NCBI GenBank assembly: GCA_963678065.2 | Contig: CAXXVZ010000003.1 | Coordinates: 2,272,001 to 2,336,000 of the forward strand | DNA: 64,000 bases | Direction: 5' to 3' | Origin: Treponemataceae bacterium | GTDB taxonomy: Bacteria > Spirochaetota > Spirochaetia > Treponematales > Rectinemataceae | Part shown: positions 57,801 to 64,000 of the stretch, one piece after another | Numbering within the stretch: position 1 is the first letter of the stretch | Layout: each line of letters begins with the position of its first letter | Notes under the pieces: model-generated | Told to the model about the DNA's origin: nothing | What the model saw: the letters and a program-made list of their open reading frames with translations, nothing else | The model's database searches: none | Translations under genes and position numbers: made by a program

Positions 57801-59701
57801 TTCGCCGCCCCCAGGGCGGTTCGCAGGGCGGAAATCCTCAGAGAGAGTTCCGTTTCGTTGGTCCCGAGGAGCACAGCCTGGCTGAAATAGAAGGAAGCCC
57901 GCTCTGGTTCGTTCAGCCTGAGATGGATTTCCGAGAGGGCGACGAGGGCGTCCACATCGTCTGCCTGCTCGAAGAGGGCCGCCCGGTAGCACCGCAAGGC
58001 CTCATCTTCCGAAAGGGCCATGCGTCCCTTCAAATACAGCAGGTAAGAGCCTAGCCGCGAAGAAGTCCCAGCCGCGGGAAGCGAGGAAACGAGATTCCCG
58101 GCCTCCTCGCTTTTGCCGGAAATCAGGAGCGCGCGCAAATATGCCTCAAGGGCATCCTCAGAGCCGGATTCTTCCTTGTACCAGGCCTGCGAATAGGCAA
58201 GGGCGTCCTGTATTCTGCCCGTATTGCGGAGTATCGAGGCCTGGGTTTTCCTGTCCACCGAGAGCTGCCCTGCGAGATCCATGTAGGAAAAAGCGTCGTT
58301 CCAATTGTTTCCTGAGGTAGACGCCACTATCAGGAGTCTCGATGCCTCCCGTCCGGCCTTCGCGAGCCGCGCCTCCTCGAGCGGAGAGGACACCCGCGTA
58401 TCTTTGAGCCCGGCCGCTTCGAGAAGAGGCCCGGTGAGGTCGCGGGACGGGGTATCCTCCGGGCCTGAGGTCGGATTCGCGACCCCAAGCACCGAGAGGG
58501 CACGTCTGGCATAACTCTCGGCCTGGAAGAATCCCGATTCAGGTCCCGAAAAGAGCGCCTTCGCGGCCAGAACGAGGAGCCCCGGATCATCGGGGTACGC
58601 GTCGAGTCCTTTCCGCGCCCACGAGAGCATCTCTTCCAGGTTCTTCATGCCTTGGGCCACCAGAGACCTCAGCTCGAAGTACAACCTCGATGACGATTCC
58701 GGTTTCGGGAGATTCGCGAGGATACCAAGGGCAATCTGGTACTCTCCGGACTCGGCGAGGTAATGAGCCCGGATGAGGCGCAAGGTCGGATCCCCAGGCA
58801 GGAATTCAAGAAACCGCGTCGCCTGGACAAAGGCTTCGGACAATCTGCCATTGGCGTGGAGGACCATAGCCCCGAGAGACAGGACCTGCGGTATCGTGTC
58901 TGTTTCGGGATCGAGGGCATCGATGACCGCAGCAGCCTCTGGATAATGGCTGAGAGACAACTCACAGCGCGCAAGGCCGAGGGCGGCTGGCCAGGCATTC
59001 GGGAAGGCCGCAAGCGCGGCGCGATACTGCTCCGAGGCACCCCGGTAATCTGCCCTGATCTCGGCAACCTTCCCCCGGAACAGTCCGGGCAGTACAGAGA
59101 CCATCCCCGCCGCATCCAGGTTTGCGGCGGCTTCGAGCGCCATGCCGGAGTACATGGTGGCATCGGAACCGAACAGGGGCAGACAGGCGAGAGTTGCGCT
59201 GAGGAGGGGTGAAAGTACTTTATATGCAGAGGCGGCCTGTAAAGGGGAACCTGGAATGCCCACGCCGTTCGGAGCAGAGCTCACGCTGACTGAGAGGCCG
59301 CCTGGCGCAGCCAAGATACTGCCGGTTTCTGACGGGAGCTTGCCGCTCCCTTCCACGCCAGACCCCAGCCCGGCCAGCACAGTATCCGGATAAATAGCTT
59401 CCCTGAAGGCCGCCGCGACAGCCTTCAGCGCCCCAAGTTCACTCACGGAAAGCTGCCTGGACTTACTTATCAGCAAATCGGCTGCGTCGAGAGAGGCGGG
59501 ATCGCCCCTCAGTATCGCCTTCTCGATACCTTCGCGCTCGGACCTTGCGGCGGGGAACGTGGAGGGATCGGCCATCTTGAGAGGAGTCGCGAAAGTCGGA
59601 TCTGACTGGCTCCAGACCGTATCCGCCCCGGCCAGAACCAGCAATGGAAGGAGCACGAAGGCGAAGACTAGCCTTCGCCCCCCTGCCTTTCGGCCTGTCA
59701 T
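57797..59701 (-). CDS. Secreted tetratricopeptide-repeat protein
   Basis: Signal peptide; repeated TPR-like A/L helices (Y-x-x-AL-x-x-x-P). Confidence 0.7.
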   Translation of the reverse strand: MTGRKAGGRRLVFAFVLLPLLVLAGADTVWSQSDPTFATPLKMADPSTFPAARSEREGIEKAILRGDPASLDAADLLISKSRQLSVSELGALKAVAAAFREAIYPDTVLAGLGSGVEGSGKLPSETGSILAAPGGLSVSVSSAPNGVGIPGSPLQAASAYKVLSPLLSATLACLPLFGSDATMYSGMALEAAANLDAAGMVSVLPGLFRGKVAEIRADYRGASEQYRAALAAFPNAWPAALGLARCELSLSHYPEAAAVIDALDPETDTIPQVLSLGAMVLHANGRLSEAFVQATRFLEFLPGDPTLRLIRAHYLAESGEYQIALGILANLPKPESSSRLYFELRSLVAQGMKNLEEMLSWARKGLDAYPDDPGLLVLAAKALFSGPESGFFQAESYARRALSVLGVANPTSGPEDTPSRDLTGPLLEAAGLKDTRVSSPLEEARLAKAGREASRLLIVASTSGNNWNDAFSYMDLAGQLSVDRKTQASILRNTGRIQDALAYSQAWYKEESGSEDALEAYLRALLISGKSEEAGNLVSSLPAAGTSSRLGSYLLYLKGRMALSEDEALRCYRAALFEQADDVDALVALSEIHLRLNEPERASFYFSQAVLLGTNETELSLRISALRTALGAAK

Positions 59702-60171
59702 TTACCCGACCGGTTCCCGGAACGTTTGTCGGGCTGATTGCCGGAACGGGTGCCGGCCCTGTTTTGCCTGAACCGGGAATAGCCGTAGGCCGAAAGGAGG
59801 CAGATGATGCCGGCTACAAGGAAACTCGGCCACCACATCAGGACGAATTTGCCAAAACTCACCGGGACGATCCGGAATGAAAACTGGGCAAAAACGACGC
59901 CGAGCAGTATGAATCCCATGGATGAGATGAGATAGCCGGTCGCCACCCTGCCCTTGCTCCCCAGGCTCGAAACGACGCCGGCAATGCCAGTGGCGAGGAG
60001 GAGAAGGGGCCATGCCTGGCCTGGTCTCCATCCCGCGAGGAGGGTCGTGAAAACGAGCAGTACGATGAGGATTGCGGCCGAGATGAGGAATGCCGGTGAA
60101 ATGAACATGTCCGGGCGGGTTTGTCTTTTGGCCATTGACATCATTGTATCCGAAAGCCTCGTCCTTGCCAA
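59698..60171 (-). CDS. Small membrane protein (4 TM, WP motifs)
   Basis: Hydrophobic segments with AWPLL and WWPSFL; coupled to the TPR gene. Confidence 0.6.
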   Translation of the reverse strand: MARTRLSDTMMSMAKRQTRPDMFISPAFLISAAILIVLLVFTTLLAGWRPGQAWPLLLLATGIAGVVSSLGSKGRVATGYLISSMGFILLGVVFAQFSFRIVPVSFGKFVLMWWPSFLVAGIICLLSAYGYSRFRQNRAGTRSGNQPDKRSGNRSGK

Positions 60172-60201
60172 TAAAAAACCGGCCGTGCTATCATCCTGAC
60201 C

Positions 60202-61320
60202 ATGTCCGGACGCCGAATCCTCCTGTTTTTCCTCGTAATCGTCCTGACTTCGTGTACGGATCGCTGGTCAGCTTACAAGGTCGGCCCAAACGACCGCAAG
60301 CGGGAACTCTCGACCCTGTTCTCGCTCCTCGACAAGACGCAGGGACGAGGCAACCAGGAATCCTGCCGCGAACGCTTTGCCCTCAGCCACAAGATCGCCT
60401 CGATTCTCGCCCATGAAAACCAGTATGGCCGGCTTGCTTCCTTCCTGACCGTCATGCCGGCGCGTTTGTCGGTCCGCGCCGGAGGCGAAAAGACCTTGCA
60501 AAACTCCCCGAGCCCTTCGGAGGACCCCGTGGACGACCCCTACGAGGCCTGGTACCTTTACACGGCCGCAGCCGCCTATGAACACGAGGGAGCCCTGCCC
60601 GTCGCCGCCCTGTACTATGACCGCATCGTGAAGAATTGCCCCGATCTGACCGTAGAAGGAAAATCTCTCCACTTCCTCAGCCTGTCGCGCCTCATAGGGA
60701 CGACAGCTTCTCCCGAACGCCGCATCGCCTACTACCGCGACATGATAAGTCGCTTCCCGGACAGCACGGACATGGGACGCATACTTTTCCTTCTCGGGAA
60801 AGAGTACGAGAAAACCGGAGAATGGGACAAAGCCGTCAAGACCTACCAGGATTTTCTCCCTTGGTTCGGAACCACCGTGCCGGGATATCCCGACGCCTTC
60901 CAGTACGCCCGCAACCTCGTCGAACTCAATTCCAGCGCCCGCGATTGGACGTATCCCGACCTCAACCAGCTGATTGCCGGAATCCGCAAGGCCCTAGCGG
61001 CTGGTTCAGCCAAACAGCTGCGGAAACTGAGCTCCAAAGTAGGCTTTTTCGCGGTTTCCTGGCATCAGGGCGACGAAAGGGACGCAAACAGTCAGGTATT
61101 GTTTGATTTTGCCGAATTCATGAATAAGGGGAAGATTGCTGTAGCCGCCGGACTGGATCCTTCATCGGGCGAGCGCGACGCCTACCTCAAGACCACCGGC
61201 TGGAATGGGTCCCTGCCCATATGGTATTTCTACTTCCGCAAGGTGGATTTCCCCGCCGACCCCGATACCCACGGCAACTGGGAATGGGCCGGAATCTATT
61301 TCGGAGAAAAGATGCAATGA
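60202..61320 (+). CDS. TPR-containing lipoprotein
   Basis: Lipobox LTSC, TPR-like helices, C-terminal WEWAGIYFGE. Confidence 0.75.
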   Translation: MSGRRILLFFLVIVLTSCTDRWSAYKVGPNDRKRELSTLFSLLDKTQGRGNQESCRERFALSHKIASILAHENQYGRLASFLTVMPARLSVRAGGEKTLQNSPSPSEDPVDDPYEAWYLYTAAAAYEHEGALPVAALYYDRIVKNCPDLTVEGKSLHFLSLSRLIGTTASPERRIAYYRDMISRFPDSTDMGRILFLLGKEYEKTGEWDKAVKTYQDFLPWFGTTVPGYPDAFQYARNLVELNSSARDWTYPDLNQLIAGIRKALAAGSAKQLRKLSSKVGFFAVSWHQGDERDANSQVLFDFAEFMNKGKIAVAAGLDPSSGERDAYLKTTGWNGSLPIWYFYFRKVDFPADPDTHGNWEWAGIYFGEKMQ

Positions 61321-63140
61321 GAATATGCAAGTCAGGACGGTGTCACGCTTCCGAAGCGAGGCCGGGACCGGCGGCGCCGGGGCTGATTCCCCTCCTCGCG
61401 GCCGCCCTCCTTCTCCTCTCCGCGATGGGGTCCTACGCGGCCGATCCGGACTCGACGACAACGACGACGACTATGACAACAACGACTATGACAACAACGA
61501 CTATGACAACAACGACAATGCCCACCACAACGACGACAACACCCACAACCACGACAACAGTCCCGCTGGTCGCCCTGGCCACGCCGGACCTGGCCGAGAC
61601 GGCACCCGTCCCGGAAGCGTCGGCCCCCACGTTCCCCCCCGCTCGGAGCACAGGCATGGACGACGGAGTCCCCACGACGGAGACTCAGGCTGCGCAGGAA
61701 TCGCCGGCTCCCCCCCCGCCGCCTCCCGGCCCTCTGACATCGGCCGGGGTCATAGTCGAAGGGCTCGTCTACGACATGCCCATGCCCTGGGGCGACCCCG
61801 ACTTCGAATCCTTCAGGGCAACCTACATGACGAGGGCCGGTCAGAAATGGCTCGCGGCCGTCATGACCGGATCGCTTTCCTATCTCTCCTACGTCGAGGA
61901 GAGAATCCAGTATTACGGCCTGCCCCAGGAACTCGTCTATCTCCCCGTCGTCGAATCCGACTATTCACCCACAGCCGTCTCCCGCAGCGGCGCCGTCGGC
62001 CTCTGGCAATTCATGAAAAACTCCATCTCGGGCTACGGCATGAAGATCGACGACTGGGTCGACGAGAGGCGGGACTTCATGAAGAGCACCGACGGGGCGC
62101 TGAAAAAGCTCGCCGACAACTACAAGGCCCTCGGAGACTGGCCTCTCGCGATAGCCGCCTACAACGCCGGCCTCGGAGCGGTCTCGCGGGCGCTCGCCAA
62201 GACGGGCCTCGAAAAACCCACCGTCAACGACCTCAAGCAGCAGGGACTTATCGCGAAAGAGACACTCGGCTACGTGCCCAAATTCCTCGCCGTCGCCTCA
62301 ATCCTGCGCTACCCCGAACTCCATGGCTTGCCGGTGAGCTGGGGAGAACCTTCGACCTGGCAGGCCCTCCCCGCCAACCAGCCCGTCGACCTGTCCCTCC
62401 TCGCAGAACTCATAGGCATCCCGCACGAGACCCTGAAGCGCGGCAATCCGGAACTCCGCAAAGAAGTCACCCCACCCAATCCCCACCACCTCATCAAGGT
62501 GCCCGTCGATAAGGCCGAGGCCGCGAAGGCCATCCTGGACGACACTTCCCGTCCCCTCATCCGCTACTACACCTACAAGGTCAAATCAGGCGACAATCTC
62601 GGGGCCATCGCCAAGGGCTACAAGACTTCGATTGCGAACATCGTCGAGGCCAATCCCGGCCTCAATCCCGACAAGATCAGGGTCGAGCAGGTTCTGAGGA
62701 TTCCGGCCTACAACGGAGCCAGCCCCCCCACCTCCGTAGTCGCCGCGGCATCGACACCCACATCCACGGCGACACCTGCCGTGGCCTCGTCCGCAGCGGG
62801 GACCGCCACACTGTCGGCCACACTCACTGCAGCATCGTCCGGCCTGGCTGAGGCCGGAACCCTCGCCTCGAATGGGACCGCAACCGATGCAGGAGACCCG
62901 GCCGCCACAGCCTCCGCGTCTCCCGCCGCCCCACCCATCGCGATAGCGGCTGCCACCTTGGCGCCCCCGGGCAGCGGACCCATCTTCTCCGGCTCCCACA
63001 CCGTCGTGAAGGGCGACACGATCTGGAACATCTCGCAACGCTTCAAGATAAAGCCCGAGCTTCTCGCCGAAAAGAACGGCCTCAAGGTCGGCGGCGTCAT
63101 AAAAATAGGGCAGGTCCTCTCGGTACCTGCCCTGAACTGA
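61317..63140 (+). CDS. Lytic transglycosylase (SLT) with LysM domains, MltD-like
   Basis: LPVVES, GAVGLWQFM, DERRD, LAIAAYNAG, ETLGYVPK; LysM YKVKSGDNL and HTVVKGDT. Confidence 0.9.
   Translation: MRICKSGRCHASEARPGPAAPGLIPLLAAALLLLSAMGSYAADPDSTTTTTTMTTTTMTTTTMTTTTMPTTTTTTPTTTTTVPLVALATPDLAETAPVPEASAPTFPPARSTGMDDGVPTTETQAAQESPAPPPPPPGPLTSAGVIVEGLVYDMPMPWGDPDFESFRATYMTRAGQKWLAAVMTGSLSYLSYVEERIQYYGLPQELVYLPVVESDYSPTAVSRSGAVGLWQFMKNSISGYGMKIDDWVDERRDFMKSTDGALKKLADNYKALGDWPLAIAAYNAGLGAVSRALAKTGLEKPTVNDLKQQGLIAKETLGYVPKFLAVASILRYPELHGLPVSWGEPSTWQALPANQPVDLSLLAELIGIPHETLKRGNPELRKEVTPPNPHHLIKVPVDKAEAAKAILDDTSRPLIRYYTYKVKSGDNLGAIAKGYKTSIANIVEANPGLNPDKIRVEQVLRIPAYNGASPPTSVVAAASTPTSTATPAVASSAAGTATLSATLTAASSGLAEAGTLASNGTATDAGDPAATASASPAAPPIAIAAATLAPPGSGPIFSGSHTVVKGDTIWNISQRFKIKPELLAEKNGLKVGGVIKIGQVLSVPALN
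61467..61511 (+). repeat. 3 x 15-bp tandem repeat ACGACTATGACAACA in a Thr-rich linker
   Basis: Three perfect copies encoding TTMTT, followed by degenerate copies to ~61560. Confidence 0.9.
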
Positions 63141-63158
63141 TCCCCGGAAAATCCGATA

Positions 63159-64000
63159 TCAGGAGAGCGCGAGCCTCGCAAAAACCTTCGCGTCGCCGAT
63201 GATGTTGGCCATGGAGGCGCTCTCGTTGGGCTGATGGGCGGTCTCGTCCATCCTAGCCCAGACCACGCAGTCGTAGCCCGCCGTCCTGAGGTAGGCGCCG
63301 ACCGTGCCGCCGCCGATCCCCTGAGGTTTCGCGTCCACGCCGTAGACCGACTTCACCGCCTCCGCCAGAATACGGACGACGGGAGCGTCGGGCGCCGTCG
63401 CCTTGGACTGGTTGCTCTGCACGATCTCGTGGTGCATCCTCACGCCGTGCTTCTTCTCGACCTCGCGCATGAGGAGGTCGACCTGGGCGAGCACTTCCGC
63501 CACCGGGTAGCGGGGCAGGATGCGCATGTCGACGTAGAAAACATCGTCGCCGGGAATCGTGTTGACGTTCGGGACGTTGGCTTCCTTCTTGGTAGGACTC
63601 AGCGTTGTCCTGTCCGGGTCGAACAGCGGGTCCCTCGCGGTGAAGACGGTCGTTTCAAGGTCGTGTATGCGCAGCGCGAGCTCGCAGGCCGCGAGGAAGG
63701 CGTTCGCCCCCGAGTCCGGCGTAGAGCCGTGGGTCTGCACACCCTTGGTGACGACCTTGAGCCAGCAGATATTCTTCTCGGCCACCTCGATCATGGAGCC
63801 GTCCGGCAATCCGCCGTCCGGAATGATGATGATGTCATCTTTGCGGAAGAGGTCGTGCTCGCGAAGGAGGTACTGGATTCCGAACTTGGAACCGCACTCC
63901 TCGTCGGCGACAAAGAGAAGCTTGATCGTCCGCTCCGGGATGATGCCATTCTCCAGGAAAGCGAGGGCACAGAAGACCGAGGCCACGAGACCCTGCTGAT
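63159..64000 (-). CDS. M20-family metallo-hydrolase (DapE/ArgE-like); 5' end outside window
   Basis: ADEECGS, PDGG, EVAEK, HGS-x-P, GIGGGT, AHQPNE. Confidence 0.88.
   Translation of the reverse strand, partial: QQGLVASVFCALAFLENGIIPERTIKLLFVADEECGSKFGIQYLLREHDLFRKDDIIIIPDGGLPDGSMIEVAEKNICWLKVVTKGVQTHGSTPDSGANAFLAACELALRIHDLETTVFTARDPLFDPDRTTLSPTKKEANVPNVNTIPGDDVFYVDMRILPRYPVAEVLAQVDLLMREVEKKHGVRMHHEIVQSNQSKATAPDAPVVRILAEAVKSVYGVDAKPQGIGGGTVGAYLRTAGYDCVVWARMDETAHQPNESASMANIIGDAKVFARLALS

Noticed and set aside
61452..61560. CRISPR-like or non-coding repeat
   Set aside because: In-frame tandem repeat with no spacers, inside a CDS
61205..62512. 435-aa alternative-frame ORF with an Asp/Asn repeat
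   Set aside because: Out-of-frame shadow of the lytic transglycosylase

Overview
The window appears to come from a spirochaete-like bacterium. This is inferred from the right-hand genes, the integrase N-terminus and the attC-like repeats, not shown directly. Bases ~1-56,800 form a mosaic accessory island ending at the 3' end of tRNA-Pro(GGG) (56812-56885, - strand), next to a truncated tyrosine-integrase N-terminus. Past the tRNA are GC-rich core-like genes: TIGR02757/DUF2400, two TPR proteins, a LysM lytic transglycosylase and an M20 peptidase. The island holds several orphan sugar/sugar-acid catabolic clusters. (i) Sugar ABC permease, epoxide hydrolase, DHDPS-family aldolase, URO-D-like protein, lyxose-isomerase-like protein and split UxaA. 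(ii) garR-like reductase plus DUF1537 kinase. (iii) A ~19.5 kb, 17-gene - strand cluster with clear homologues of E. coli ydjG, H, I, J and L. It adds a LIV-type ABC transporter, an AmpS/M29-like protein, a class V PLP enzyme, a second class II aldolase, an FGGY kinase, a class II aldolase/adducin, a TIM-barrel epimerase and an atypical transketolase. (iv) Amidohydrolase, TctCBA, FadR and an opine dehydrogenase-like gene. (v) Split transketolase plus garR, and sugar ABC, GH31, racemase-like and XRE-cupin genes; the two promoters share a palindromic motif. Also present are an AT-rich array of four small genes separated by decayed attC-like sites (no integrase), intact IS630 and IS21 elements with ends and target duplications resolved, IS3/IS256/istB remnants, and several deletion pseudogenes. 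No CRISPR array or rRNA was seen. All family calls are by eye from motifs; no searches were run.
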